Source: Escherichia phage RudolfBernhard_Bas96
Reading direction: 5' to 3' (one strand)
Length of the DNA stretch: 64,000 bases
Sequence record: PQ850623.1
The notes beneath the pieces are model-generated. The model made no database searches, had not been told where the DNA came from, and saw only the letters and a program-made list of their open reading frames with translations. A program made the translations under genes and the position numbers. Below are positions 1-9,844 of the stretch, in pieces (position 1 is the stretch's first letter; each line of letters begins with the position of its first letter).

Positions 1-690
1 ATGAGTGAGCTAACTAAGCAGCAGATCATTAATGCCTTACCTGCTAACTTCAAGAACAGTGTAAGCCAGGAGTTGGTAGACACGATTAACAACATAACCC
101 AAGACCAACTGGTTGCTGAAGCATTCCGTGAAAACTTCATCTCTTACTCTGGTGTTATGAAGGAAGGTAAGTTTAAGACACAGGACTACATGAATGCAGT
201 TCAGTATGTGACTTACAAACATATGGGCTATTCAAATAAAGAAGCCTACTTCAAAACATTCCCTAACCGACAAGCAGAACTTATAGCACGGGGAACCAGT
301 GAGAAAGATATAAGTGCTTATGTATCTGCTTATCACAGGGGTAAGTTAGTTAATCTCATCATGGAACAAAGTTTGGTTCCAGTGTGGATTGTGAACCAAG
401 ACAATTATCAGAAGGCAATCAATGTTCAGGTTGAACTGATGACTACAGCAGCAAGTGAGAAAGTAAGATGTGATGCAGCTAACTCTATCCTTACTCATTT
501 AGCTAAACCAAAAGACCAGGTAACGAATATCAATCTGGATTTGAGGGAGAACTCTGGGTTGACTGACCTCAAGGCAACGCTTGCTGCATTAGCTGAACAG
601 CAAATTAATGCAATCAATAGTGGTGTACCTACTAAAGAGATTGCTGGTTCTAAACTAGTACGTGCAGATGAGGACATTACAGATGTCTGA
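1..690 (+). CDS. Hypothetical protein immediately upstream of large terminase; possible small terminase subunit; may be 5'-truncated by the window edge
   Basis: 229-aa ORF from the track; position directly 5' of terL and 8-nt overlap with it; no diagnostic motif seen. Confidence 0.4.
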   Translation: MSELTKQQIINALPANFKNSVSQELVDTINNITQDQLVAEAFRENFISYSGVMKEGKFKTQDYMNAVQYVTYKHMGYSNKEAYFKTFPNRQAELIARGTSEKDISAYVSAYHRGKLVNLIMEQSLVPVWIVNQDNYQKAINVQVELMTTAASEKVRCDAANSILTHLAKPKDQVTNINLDLRENSGLTDLKATLAALAEQQINAINSGVPTKEIAGSKLVRADEDITDV

Positions 691-2272
691 GTTAATTAAA
701 CAGGAACTAGATGAATGGCTAGACCAGGTGGATTACTCCCACCTTAATTCATCCAATTATGTTCCTAGTCAGTTTGCTCTTACCTTTGCCAACTTTATTA
801 AGTTGGTTAATGGCAAAGAAGGAGAATCCAACAAAACACCCCCTGTTCACCTGAAGATGTTGGATAAGATGATTACCCCGAACCAGTATGTAGTTAACCT
901 GTGTTTCCGTGGTGCAGGTAAGACTGCTGTGTTCATGGAATACTTTACTTTGTTCCTAGCAGTGTTTGGACACTTACCAAGCCTGGGTAAAGTAGAGGGA
1001 ATGATTTACGTATCTGACTCAATGGATAACGGTGCTAAGTCTGCACGTAAGAACATTGAGTTCCGTTACAAGAATAGTGAGTTCCTTCAACAGTGGATAC
1101 CTGAAGCTACCTTTACGGATAACCTATTAGAGTTTCGTAATGCAGAAGGGCATCGACTGGGTGTTAAGTTATTTGGTGCTAAGACAGGTCTTCGTGGTAC
1201 GAAGATATATGGTAAACGTCCAACACTCTGTGTACTGGATGACCTGATTAGCGATGGTGATGCTAACTCTAAGACGAGCATGGAAGCTATTAAGGATACT
1301 GTCTATAAAGGTGTGAACCATGCTCTTGACCCGACACGTCGTAAAGTAATCTTCAATGGTACTCCCTTTAATAAGGAAGACATTATCATTGAAGCAGTTG
1401 AGTCCGGTGCATGGGATGTCAACGTATGGCCTGTGTGTGAGAAGTTTCCTTGTAGTAGAGAAGAGTTTCAGGGTGCATGGGATGACCGTTTCTCATATGA
1501 CTACATCAAAGCCCAATACGACATGGCAGTTAAGACCGGTAAGCTGGCTGGTTTCTACCAGGAACTTATGCTTCGTATTAGTTCAGAAGATGAACGTCTT
1601 GTTCAGGATAGTGAGATTAAGTGGTACAGCAGGCAACAACTGTTAAGGATGAAGTCCTGCTACAACTATTACATTACGACCGACTTCGCTACTTCGGAGA
1701 AACAAACAAGTGACTACAGTGTCATATCAGTTTGGGCTTATAGTTCTAATGGAGATTGGTTCTGGGTTGATGGTGTGGCTAATCGCCAGCTTATGGATAA
1801 AAACTTCGACGACTTGTTCCGTCTGGTTCAGGAATACCAGCCACAAAACGTTGGTGTCGAAATTACAGGACAACAAAATGGATTTATCTCACTCCTTCAG
1901 AAAGAAATGATTAACCGTAATGTCTTCTTTAACTTTGCATCCTCTGAGGGTGGTAAGCCAGGCATCCGTCCTGTAACCTCTAAGCTGTCACGTTTTAACC
2001 TGGTAGTTCCTTGGTTCAAGGCTGGTAAGATGTACTTCCCGGAAGAGTTGAGAGATACAACTATTATGGGTCTGTTCATGGGCCAGATTAAACTAGCTAC
2101 CATTAATGGGATCAAAGGTAAGGATGACTGTATTGATACTATCTCCATGTTGGGATATCTCAATCCTTGGAAACCACAAGCAGGTATGACTTTGGTGGAT
2201 AACAAGGGTGACCCGATGTGGGATGAGGAAGAAGAAGATAGTGTTAACCCACTACGTTCATACATTGTGTGA
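683..2272 (+). CDS. terL: Terminase large subunit (ATPase + nuclease)
   Basis: Walker A-like CFRGAGKT, Walker B-like LCVLDDLISDGD, C-terminal nuclease region (ITTDFATSEK...); start moved from track GTG at 662 to ATG at 683, which has a GAGGA RBS 8 nt upstream. Confidence 0.8.
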   Translation: MSELIKQELDEWLDQVDYSHLNSSNYVPSQFALTFANFIKLVNGKEGESNKTPPVHLKMLDKMITPNQYVVNLCFRGAGKTAVFMEYFTLFLAVFGHLPSLGKVEGMIYVSDSMDNGAKSARKNIEFRYKNSEFLQQWIPEATFTDNLLEFRNAEGHRLGVKLFGAKTGLRGTKIYGKRPTLCVLDDLISDGDANSKTSMEAIKDTVYKGVNHALDPTRRKVIFNGTPFNKEDIIIEAVESGAWDVNVWPVCEKFPCSREEFQGAWDDRFSYDYIKAQYDMAVKTGKLAGFYQELMLRISSEDERLVQDSEIKWYSRQQLLRMKSCYNYYITTDFATSEKQTSDYSVISVWAYSSNGDWFWVDGVANRQLMDKNFDDLFRLVQEYQPQNVGVEITGQQNGFISLLQKEMINRNVFFNFASSEGGKPGIRPVTSKLSRFNLVVPWFKAGKMYFPEELRDTTIMGLFMGQIKLATINGIKGKDDCIDTISMLGYLNPWKPQAGMTLVDNKGDPMWDEEEEDSVNPLRSYIV

Positions 2273-2278
2273 GGAACC

Positions 2279-2989
2279 ATGCAGAAATTATCGGAAGTAT
2301 ACCGTGGCTTGGCACTAAGTACCTTGAAGGGTACTGGTTCAGTTACGGATGACAGACTGGGTATTGAGCCAGATAGTAAGCCGGAGATATTAGCAGCTAT
2401 TAATGAAGGGCTGGTACGACTGCATAGTCGTTTTCCTCTTAAGACAAATAGCTGCATTGTGGAGATGAAGGAAGGGCGTACTGATTATCCTCTTCAATCC
2501 AAGTATGCTTACTCCAAATTTACTAAGCCTACTCTTGAGGTTCAGTATCCTTATATCATGGATGGGTTCATGAAGCCTTTCCAGGATGATGTTATTAAAA
2601 TCTTAAATGTGTTTGATAACTCTGGGAATAGACGTAGACTGAACGACGATTCAGATCCCCGAGCTATTTTCACCCCACGGCCTGATACTATTCAGTGTAT
2701 GCGACCTCGACACTTCGAGGCACTTAACGTAACGTATCAAGCTAAGCACCCAGTACTTACGGGTGATGAAGAACAGGAAGTTGATTTAGCTGATACGCTA
2801 ATGACGGCACTTCATAACTGGGTGGGTTATCGTTACCACACTGGTTTGAATACTCCTGAAGCTAACGCTAAAGCAGCAGAGTATCTGCAAACGTATGAAA
2901 GCATCTGTGGTGAGGTTGTTGATTACGACCTGGCTAATGGAAGTATTTCAATTACCGAAACTAAATTTGAACAACGAGGATGGCGATGA
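2279..2989 (+). CDS. Hypothetical virion/tail-associated protein (N4 gp67-like by position)
   Basis: 236-aa ORF with GAGGAA RBS; synteny between terminase and tailspike genes. Confidence 0.4.
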   Translation: MQKLSEVYRGLALSTLKGTGSVTDDRLGIEPDSKPEILAAINEGLVRLHSRFPLKTNSCIVEMKEGRTDYPLQSKYAYSKFTKPTLEVQYPYIMDGFMKPFQDDVIKILNVFDNSGNRRRLNDDSDPRAIFTPRPDTIQCMRPRHFEALNVTYQAKHPVLTGDEEQEVDLADTLMTALHNWVGYRYHTGLNTPEANAKAAEYLQTYESICGEVVDYDLANGSISITETKFEQRGWR

Positions 2990-5922
2990 ACGCACATACC
3001 CCCTTCGATGCAAAACAGGATTGGACCAATCCTTACTGCCAGAACAGTTCCAATGACCCAATGGTAGATGCACTACTAGGTAATGCTTATCATGTGGTTC
3101 GTACTGTCTACTGTAACTTGGGTAACCTGAAGCTTATCTACGACTTCCTGAACCAGTATGGGATGGTTCTTGGTGTACAGTCTGAAGCAGAACTTAAGGC
3201 GTTAACTACTGAAGCTAAGTATGCACGCATCTATGGTTTCTCCCGTGTAGGTGACCGTCAGGTTACAGACTACCTGTACGTGGAAGGTGATCGTACAGGC
3301 ATTCTACCCAACGACACCACTGCAACAGGCTCATGGATTACTGTTGCTACTTCTGGTGCAGGTGATGGCAGTGGTGGTATTTCCTCTGGGGGAGGTGCAT
3401 ACATTCCTTGGGTATACAGCAACGGTTCTGCTACTGGTGGGGAAACTTCCATTAACGTACCGGATGGGACAGTAGGTGTACCATTCATTATTGTTAATGG
3501 TGATATGCAGTATGTAGGACGAGGCTTTGAGTTTAACGTAGACGATCTGTCCGTAACTCTGGCTCAACCTCTGGAAGAAGGTGATGAAGTAGTATTCCTA
3601 CTGACTGGGGTTCCTGCTGTACCGGACAACCCTAATGTTAATGACTGGATTCAGATTAATTGGTTATATAACAATGGTGTTGCTGTAGGTGGTGAGCAGG
3701 TTATTGCTATTCCATACACTTTCCAGTCTATTCCAGCCGTGTATAAGAATGGGCTTCGTTTGTATAAAGGATTAACCACTGAATCATATACTGCTGACCC
3801 GGATAACCAGCGTATCCTTCTTACTGAGACACTGGCAACCAATGACCGATTGATTGTACAGCTTGGTGGTGAAGCACGGGTATTGGAAGCAGCAGACCAT
3901 ACTCTTCAGGAAGTTGCTCGTGCAGCTAACGTTAAGGATAGTGAGGTAATTCTTAGTACAGATAGTACCCAGTTCCTGAATGACAAGAGGGTTGTTTATT
4001 CTGTTAGTGAACAGAAGGCATATGGTTTGCCTGTATTACCAACAAATGTATACATTCAGTCCGTTAGTGACGGTAAGTTAACATACTCCCCCGGTAACAT
4101 TACGGTTGATTTACTTCCGTTACCAGAATCTGCTACTAGTTTAAAAAATAAATTTGCAGAAGAAAATGGTGCAGGGCTAGTTGGTACAACATCCGGCAGG
4201 ACCGTACAGGAAGAGTTTGACTACCGCAAAACTCAAGCGGAAAAAACAGAGATAAACATACTTGACTACCTTCCGGATAACGTGATCGCGGCGCTAAACG
4301 ATGTTAATGCATCAATGGCTCTAGGAAGCGTAAGGACATACATCGAACAGGCTTTGGCGGTAGCAACGAGCGAGAATATCGGTACTGGGGTTACTTTACG
4401 TTTCCCGGCTGGGTTCTTTTGGCTTGATTCTACTCTTAACCTTCCTAAAAGGACGCGTATTGTTGGAGTCTACCCAGAAACATACTTTATGGCACTCCCC
4501 AACTTTACCGGCACTAACGTAATTGCTGGCTCCACGGGACCAGCTATAGTCGCTATTGATAACTCAGGGCAAGACCCATTTTATATCGAAGGTTTTCAGA
4601 TAAACGCAGATGGTTCCCAGCCGAATGTGGTTGGGCTGCACATTGGCGGCTGCCGTAATTCCGTCGTCCGTCGGATATCTGTATCGGGGACCTTCGATGC
4701 TGCTGTTGTTATCCACCCTAAAAACGCAACATCTGGGGACGTGGAGAACCTGGAATTAAGCCACGTATGGACATTAGGTGGTGGGCTTGTGCTCAGGACT
4801 AATACAGATATCGACCGTGGAAATTTAACAGGTCTGTCATTCCGGGATTGTATGTTTTTCAGCACAATCGACAACAACCCTTCATGGGCGACGTCCGGTA
4901 ACCCATCCATCAGATTCTCATGTCATACTGACAGACAGATTTTTTCATGTACATTCGACCGCGTTGGTTGGGCTAGTCGTGCGACATACGCTATTTACTC
5001 AGAAAGTCTTGCAGGAAATAGCGAGGCAGATGTAAAAGGTTTCCGTGATATCCATTTCTCTGATTTCGCCGGAGAATCTCACAACGCTGACGGCTCGCTA
5101 ACATCAGACTGTACGTATGCCCTACTTACGAAGATGCGGAATAGCACATTTACTAACATCCAACGCTCTGGCGCCGTGACCCGTGGGGGTATCATTATGG
5201 ATGGGTGCGAATATGTGACCTTCAACTCAGTGTCTTTTGCAGATCCCAATATTAGCACTGGAACAACTGCCCCACGGTGCGTATATCAAAACTCTACTAA
5301 TAGATTTAACCGTTTTATCAATTGTGACTTAACAGATGCTACTGGTAGTATGTTTGATTTAGATGGTTGGACCATAGCTAACAGTGTGATGTACTACTTT
5401 AAGGGCCTGTTCTGGGATGACAGTGGGACTAGTATCTGGGAATGTGAACAAATGTCTAGCACTCCTGGCGTTATGTTCGCAAGAAGTACATTAAACCAAA
5501 ATAACGGGTCGGCCTTCCCTCAACAGTCTGGGGTTACAATGCTAACTTCAGGCGACGACCTTCAAGTTACTTTTGCAAGAGACACCACTACTAAAACCTT
5601 TACAATACCTATTACTACATCTTCTGGTGTATTTAATAACCATGACAGGGTGTATGTGGCATTTAGACATCAGTTCCTTAGCTATGGAACCAATACTGTA
5701 GTGAAAATAGGGATTGGAGGTAAGTATGTTACAATCAGTCCTCAATCGGGAACTGATTATTTTGCGGTGGTTAGTAGAGCACGTTCTTTGGCAACATCAT
5801 TTGATATCCAAGTCACTTATAGTGGCGCTTCGGAAGATTGCATTATTCTTATTAGAGATTTAATTGTATCAAATAAAATGCCGTGGCTCCCTAACTTCAC
5901 CAAAGTCTTACTTTGCGATTAA
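2986..5922 (+). CDS. Tailspike/tail fibre protein with N-terminal particle-binding region and C-terminal beta-helix-like region
   Basis: 978 aa; ATGA start/stop overlap with upstream gene at 2986-2989; Gly/Ser/Thr/Asn-rich C-terminal half with repeated N-x-G / S-x-G turns typical of right-handed beta-helix tailspikes. Confidence 0.5.
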   Translation: MNAHTPFDAKQDWTNPYCQNSSNDPMVDALLGNAYHVVRTVYCNLGNLKLIYDFLNQYGMVLGVQSEAELKALTTEAKYARIYGFSRVGDRQVTDYLYVEGDRTGILPNDTTATGSWITVATSGAGDGSGGISSGGGAYIPWVYSNGSATGGETSINVPDGTVGVPFIIVNGDMQYVGRGFEFNVDDLSVTLAQPLEEGDEVVFLLTGVPAVPDNPNVNDWIQINWLYNNGVAVGGEQVIAIPYTFQSIPAVYKNGLRLYKGLTTESYTADPDNQRILLTETLATNDRLIVQLGGEARVLEAADHTLQEVARAANVKDSEVILSTDSTQFLNDKRVVYSVSEQKAYGLPVLPTNVYIQSVSDGKLTYSPGNITVDLLPLPESATSLKNKFAEENGAGLVGTTSGRTVQEEFDYRKTQAEKTEINILDYLPDNVIAALNDVNASMALGSVRTYIEQALAVATSENIGTGVTLRFPAGFFWLDSTLNLPKRTRIVGVYPETYFMALPNFTGTNVIAGSTGPAIVAIDNSGQDPFYIEGFQINADGSQPNVVGLHIGGCRNSVVRRISVSGTFDAAVVIHPKNATSGDVENLELSHVWTLGGGLVLRTNTDIDRGNLTGLSFRDCMFFSTIDNNPSWATSGNPSIRFSCHTDRQIFSCTFDRVGWASRATYAIYSESLAGNSEADVKGFRDIHFSDFAGESHNADGSLTSDCTYALLTKMRNSTFTNIQRSGAVTRGGIIMDGCEYVTFNSVSFADPNISTGTTAPRCVYQNSTNRFNRFINCDLTDATGSMFDLDGWTIANSVMYYFKGLFWDDSGTSIWECEQMSSTPGVMFARSTLNQNNGSAFPQQSGVTMLTSGDDLQVTFARDTTTKTFTIPITTSSGVFNNHDRVYVAFRHQFLSYGTNTVVKIGIGGKYVTISPQSGTDYFAVVSRARSLATSFDIQVTYSGASEDCIILIRDLIVSNKMPWLPNFTKVLLCD

Positions 5923-6000
5923 AACTAAGGCCCAATTATTTAATAAAATGCCCCTCCAATCATGGAGGGGTGGTATTCCTAGAAAAACAAAGAGGTTTAT

Positions 6001-7929
6001 ATGAACGAAATGTTCTCACAAGGTGGTAAAGGTTCAACTGGAATCTTAACCAACAAACAAACAATAGCCCGTCACTTTGGAGTTAAACAATCAGAGGTTG
6101 TTTACTTCTCAGTGGGTGCTCTACTTACTGGTTACAAAGTCATTTATGACAAAGCGTCACAGAGGGCTTACTCATTACCTGCTGATATTGGTTCTGGGGT
6201 TACTGCTGTAAGCCTTAGTCCTGCCGGAGTATTGGTACACTCTGCTGGTAATGTGGACTTAGGTGCACTAGCTGTTGCTCGTGAAGAATATGTAACCTTA
6301 CCTGGCTCATTTGATACCGGTGTAACAGTTAATACTAAGAACGAACTGGTTGTTTTTACTGATGGTAAGTACCGTTGGGATGGTGCATTACCTAAAGAAG
6401 TACCTGCTGGTTCCACCCCCGCATCCACCGGTGGTGTGGTTACTGGCGCCTGGCGCCCTGTGGGGGACTTATCTCTACGGCCAAGCTTGGCAACGGCCAA
6501 TAGTGGGTATCTTGTTGATGACTCAAACATTATGGTGCAGACACCGGCCAGTGGTGTCGTGCGGACGCAGCACCTAAGAAATGCAGACTATATCAGCGTA
6601 AAAGACTTCGGCGCTATTGGTGATGGCGTTACTGATGATTCGGCCTCTTTCAGCGCTGCGATTTCGTCGCTATTAGCTCGGGGGGGTTCAATATACGTGC
6701 CTGCCGGTGTCTATAATGTCAAGAACGCTAATATAGTGGTTAACACGACTGACTTTCACGGGAATAGAATTGGATTTTATGGTGATGGACCGGCGATATC
6801 CGTACTACGTACGGCAACTGCGTCTTCAAGTGATGTGGTTATGTCGGTAACAGCAAACACAGAATCAGCAATTAACTCAGTTATTGCTGGAGTTTCATTC
6901 CATGATATTGGGTTCGAAATACTTAACAACACTGGGACTGTTTTCCGCCTTGTCAACACTGCTTACGCCAAATTTGACAACTGTTATTTCAGAGGTGGGA
7001 GACTTGGATTTGAAAGCGCTGGATCGCTGAGTAGTTCATTCATAAACTGCAAGTTTACAGAGGCGGTTAACTACGGATTTTACGCTCACAACGGCTTCAG
7101 CTATCCAAATCAACTATCATTTTTCCAGTGCGTATTCGCTAGCAACCAAGTGGCTGGAATTTATGCAATTGACCCAGGCGGCCTACGTATTTACGGAGGA
7201 AGCATAGAAGGAAATGGGTTATCAAACACGGACATGACATTTGGTGGTGGCATCGCCATCGATACAAAACCAGGCGCCGCCGGCGTAACAATCCCGTTAG
7301 TGGTATCAGGAACATACTTTGAGTTCAATAAAGGGCTGGCCGACATATATATAGCTCACACGAATAACTTTGCAAACATTTCTTTCTCAGTTGATAGTTG
7401 CAGTTTTGGGCAAGGTGGGGAATTCACTACAGTAGACCGCGTAAAGGTTATTCATAGTACAACGTCTTCGCTTAGGGGTACGGTTTCAAACTGCAACTTC
7501 CATGAGTTATCCGGCTTTGTGCCAACTGCCAGCAACAAGTATATTAACGTCAGTGGTAGTGGCGCTGGTTATCGATCAGTTGTAAACGTTAACAACTATT
7601 ACAACTCAGTAGCCTCTTCCCCAGCAGACCAAACAGTTCGTAACTCTGTTACCTCTGGATTCTCAGAGCCTCGCATAGAGAAGTATACCGCCGTTACTGG
7701 CTCCGGAATAGCAACCGCGACTATAAATTTCAATGCCTTTTCTGCGCCCCCGGCTGTTTCAGTTATTGTATCTGACGGGACACCCGACAGCGTTTTTTCA
7801 ACTAGATTGGTGGCTTTGAGCGCAACAAGCTGTACCATAGAGGTCCTCAAAACAACAACCGCTGGTGGCGCTTGGACTCCAGCTACTTCAGTTGCACTTC
7901 ACGTAACTGCGGTTGGCGCATCAAAATAA
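6001..7929 (+). CDS. Tailspike with pectate-lyase-superfamily (depolymerase-type) beta-helix domain
   Basis: Motif YISVKDFGAIGDGVTDDSASFSAAISSLLARGGSIYVPAGVYNV (~nt 6589-6720) resembles the N-terminal signature of pectate-lyase-fold tailspikes; AGAGG RBS before ATG 6001. Confidence 0.6.
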   Translation: MNEMFSQGGKGSTGILTNKQTIARHFGVKQSEVVYFSVGALLTGYKVIYDKASQRAYSLPADIGSGVTAVSLSPAGVLVHSAGNVDLGALAVAREEYVTLPGSFDTGVTVNTKNELVVFTDGKYRWDGALPKEVPAGSTPASTGGVVTGAWRPVGDLSLRPSLATANSGYLVDDSNIMVQTPASGVVRTQHLRNADYISVKDFGAIGDGVTDDSASFSAAISSLLARGGSIYVPAGVYNVKNANIVVNTTDFHGNRIGFYGDGPAISVLRTATASSSDVVMSVTANTESAINSVIAGVSFHDIGFEILNNTGTVFRLVNTAYAKFDNCYFRGGRLGFESAGSLSSSFINCKFTEAVNYGFYAHNGFSYPNQLSFFQCVFASNQVAGIYAIDPGGLRIYGGSIEGNGLSNTDMTFGGGIAIDTKPGAAGVTIPLVVSGTYFEFNKGLADIYIAHTNNFANISFSVDSCSFGQGGEFTTVDRVKVIHSTTSSLRGTVSNCNFHELSGFVPTASNKYINVSGSGAGYRSVVNVNNYYNSVASSPADQTVRNSVTSGFSEPRIEKYTAVTGSGIATATINFNAFSAPPAVSVIVSDGTPDSVFSTRLVALSATSCTIEVLKTTTAGGAWTPATSVALHVTAVGASK

Positions 7930-7930
7930 C

Positions 7931-7945
7931 AAAAAAAAAAAAAAA
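7931..7945. repeat. A15 homopolymer tract immediately after the tailspike stop codon
   Basis: 15 consecutive A residues read directly at 7931-7945. Confidence 0.9.
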
Positions 7946-8001
7946 CATCAGCTTTTTGAAGCTGGAGTGATGTAGTACACATTGCTGGCACTATTGATAA
8001 G

Positions 8002-8028
8002 CACCCCTCTTCGGAGGGGTTATTTTTA
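8002..8028 (+). terminator. Rho-independent terminator (hairpin CCCCTC-TTCG-GAGGGG followed by T-run)
   Basis: Perfect 6-bp GC stem at 8004-8019 followed by TTATTTTTAT. Confidence 0.6.
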
Positions 8029-8054
8029 TCATTAGAAAAAGTATTTAATCTTTG

Positions 8055-8083
8055 AAGCCCATTAGGAGAGGGGCTTTTTTGTT
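8055..8083 (+). terminator. Second tandem rho-independent terminator
   Basis: GC-rich hairpin (AGCCC...GGGGCT) followed by TTTTTT at 8075-8080. Confidence 0.5.
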
Positions 8084-8152
8084 GTACCCCAAACTCACCT
8101 TTATGTAGACTGTTTCAGTCAATCACGACTTAACTAACCTGAGAAAGTCCCT

Positions 8153-8485
8153 ATGGGAAATGAACCAGATAACGTAACTCTAGCCAGACTCGAAGAGAGA
8201 CTGAGAAACATTTTCGAAAACCAAACTCGTGAAGCGAGGGAAAGGGAGAAAATGGAAGAGTCTATTAAAAAGCTAAGTGAGTCTATGGGCGACCTTAGTA
8301 CCCGACTTAAACGGGTAGAGGAAAGCATCACTAAGTCTGAACCTACCATCGAAGAGTTCATCACCATTAAACATAAAGTTGCTGGTGCTGGAATTTTTGG
8401 TAAGTGGGTATGGGCTGGAGCAGGTGCAATTATTGGTGTATTGGCTGCTGCAAGACGGGAGATATTCGCATGGTTCGCAAGCTAA
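8153..8485 (+). CDS. Holin-like small membrane protein
   Basis: 110 aa; charged/coiled N-terminal half, hydrophobic C-terminal segment GIFGKWVWAGAGAIIGVLAAA; sits immediately upstream of the endolysin. Confidence 0.4.
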   Translation: MGNEPDNVTLARLEERLRNIFENQTREAREREKMEESIKKLSESMGDLSTRLKRVEESITKSEPTIEEFITIKHKVAGAGIFGKWVWAGAGAIIGVLAAARREIFAWFAS

Positions 8486-8730
8486 AAAGAAAGATAGGGC
8501 TAGTTCCTAACTGGAAGAAGTCCTGGAAGTGGGCATCTGTTCAGATTAGTGCATTTGGATTAATTCTATTTTCTGCTGTAGATATTATCCAACCAATGCT
8601 AACAGGACTACCACGTCACATCCTTGAAGATATTCCACATGGTTCCAGTATTACAATCGCACTGTTTGCTTTAAACATTGTAGGCAGACTAATACGATTC
8701 CATCCAAAGGAAGATTCTCATGAAAGCTAA
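8470..8730 (+). CDS. Small two-TM membrane protein (holin/antiholin candidate)
   Basis: Basic N-terminus then hydrophobic segments ISAFGLILFSAV and SSITIALFALNIVG; start placed at ATG 8470 with GGGAGA RBS; 16-nt overlap with the upstream gene. Confidence 0.35.
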   Translation: MVRKLKRKIGLVPNWKKSWKWASVQISAFGLILFSAVDIIQPMLTGLPRHILEDIPHGSSITIALFALNIVGRLIRFHPKEDSHES

Positions 8731-9355
8731 ACAGAAACTTGCTGCAAAAGGTGGTGCAGTGGGAGGAGTTGTCGCTGCTATTCTGGGGGCAGTGTTCTAT
8801 ATGGAAGGAGGGTACGTAAACAATCCTCACGACCCAGGTGGGGAAACTAATCATGGTATTACTCAATCAGTAGCCAAGTCTCATAAAGAAGTTCTGGCTA
8901 CTGAGTATGGTTGGGATGGTTCCATGAAGGGTTTATCAAAAGAGATGGCTGCTGAGATATACATTGATGACTACGTACTTAAGCCTAACTTCGTAGCCTT
9001 CGCTGATATATCTCCTGCTGTAACACACAAACTGGTTGATGCTGGTGTTAACACTGGTGTAACCAGACCGGCTAAATGGTTGCAGCAATCCCTTAATGAA
9101 ATGTCCCGTAATGGCAAAGACTACCCTAAAGTACAAGTTGATGGTAAAGTCGGTGCAGGTACTGTTAATGCATATAAAGCGTTACAGAAAAAACGAGGCA
9201 AAGTTGCAGCATGTCAGGTAATGATTAAGTTGCTTGATGCTAAACAACTGAACCACTACACCTCATTGAACATGCCAGACTTTACGTATGGTTGGGTAGC
9301 TAACCGAATCGGCAATGTGCCACTGGAGGCATGTAATGAAGATGCTAATCTCTAA
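8720..9355 (+). CDS. Endolysin, GH108-type N-acetylmuramidase (N4 gp61-like) with hydrophobic N-terminal SAR-like segment
   Basis: Motif EGGYVNNPHDPGGETNHGIT (~nt 8802-8862) matches the GH108 signature; N-terminal GGAVGGVVAAILGAVFY is Gly/Ala-rich and hydrophobic; AGGAAG RBS. Confidence 0.75.
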   Translation: MKAKQKLAAKGGAVGGVVAAILGAVFYMEGGYVNNPHDPGGETNHGITQSVAKSHKEVLATEYGWDGSMKGLSKEMAAEIYIDDYVLKPNFVAFADISPAVTHKLVDAGVNTGVTRPAKWLQQSLNEMSRNGKDYPKVQVDGKVGAGTVNAYKALQKKRGKVAACQVMIKLLDAKQLNHYTSLNMPDFTYGWVANRIGNVPLEACNEDANL

Positions 9356-9836
9356 AGGTTGGCCTTATCTTCTGGTGGTGGTCCTCGGGGCCACCATTTA
9401 CTTTTGGGGTAATTCCAATGGACAGTCTACTGTTCAAAAGAAGTGGGATGCCCAAAAGGTTGAAGACCTGAAGGCAACACAAAAACTACAGGACAAATAC
9501 AATGCTCTCCAAAGAAACCATAGTTATGAAGTCGGGTTACTCACTTCCCGGTTGCAGACGGCTGAGAGTAATTACGCAAGCGAGCTTGCTCGCGTTAGCA
9601 GTGATTACGACAGCCGGATGCAACAGTCTGAAAGACGAGCATCGGTATATAAACGTCAAGCCGAAGCCGGAACCCTTGAGTGCAGAAGTCTTGCAAGCCA
9701 TGCAGCCAGACTCGACAACAGTCTTGAAGAAGGCAGACGTTTGGTTGAAGAACTCCGGGCAACTGTTAGACTCCGTGACAACCAACTAATTGGGTTGGGT
9801 AAGCAAATTCAGGCTGACCGTAAACTTTTTGAATAG
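9336..9836 (+). CDS. i-spanin (Rz-like): N-terminal TM anchor plus coiled-coil periplasmic domain
   Basis: TM segment [17 protein letters not shown] followed by a charged helical region; start at ATG 9336 with GGAGG RBS at 9325-9329. Confidence 0.6.
   Translation: MKMLISKGWPYLLVVVLGATIYFWGNSNGQSTVQKKWDAQKVEDLKATQKLQDKYNALQRNHSYEVGLLTSRLQTAESNYASELARVSSDYDSRMQQSERRASVYKRQAEAGTLECRSLASHAARLDNSLEEGRRLVEELRATVRLRDNQLIGLGKQIQADRKLFE
9526..9789 (+). CDS. o-spanin (Rz1-like outer-membrane lipoprotein) embedded in another frame inside the i-spanin gene
   Basis: Signal peptide plus lipobox [12 protein letters not shown] (Cys codon at 9619-9621); entirely nested within 9336-9836. Confidence 0.6.
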   Translation: MKSGYSLPGCRRLRVITQASLLALAVITTAGCNSLKDEHRYINVKPKPEPLSAEVLQAMQPDSTTVLKKADVWLKNSGQLLDSVTTN

Positions 9837-9844
9837 GATTAACT

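Noticed and set aside
1897-2457. 186-aa minus-strand ORF overlapping the terminase 3' end and the next gene
   Set aside because: Antisense to two tightly packed plus-strand genes; no independent signals.
8404-8730. Longer 108-aa form of the second small membrane protein
   Set aside because: The track's longest ORF would overlap the upstream holin-like gene by 82 nt; the internal ATG at 8470 has a proper RBS and gives only a 16-nt overlap, so the shorter form was annotated.
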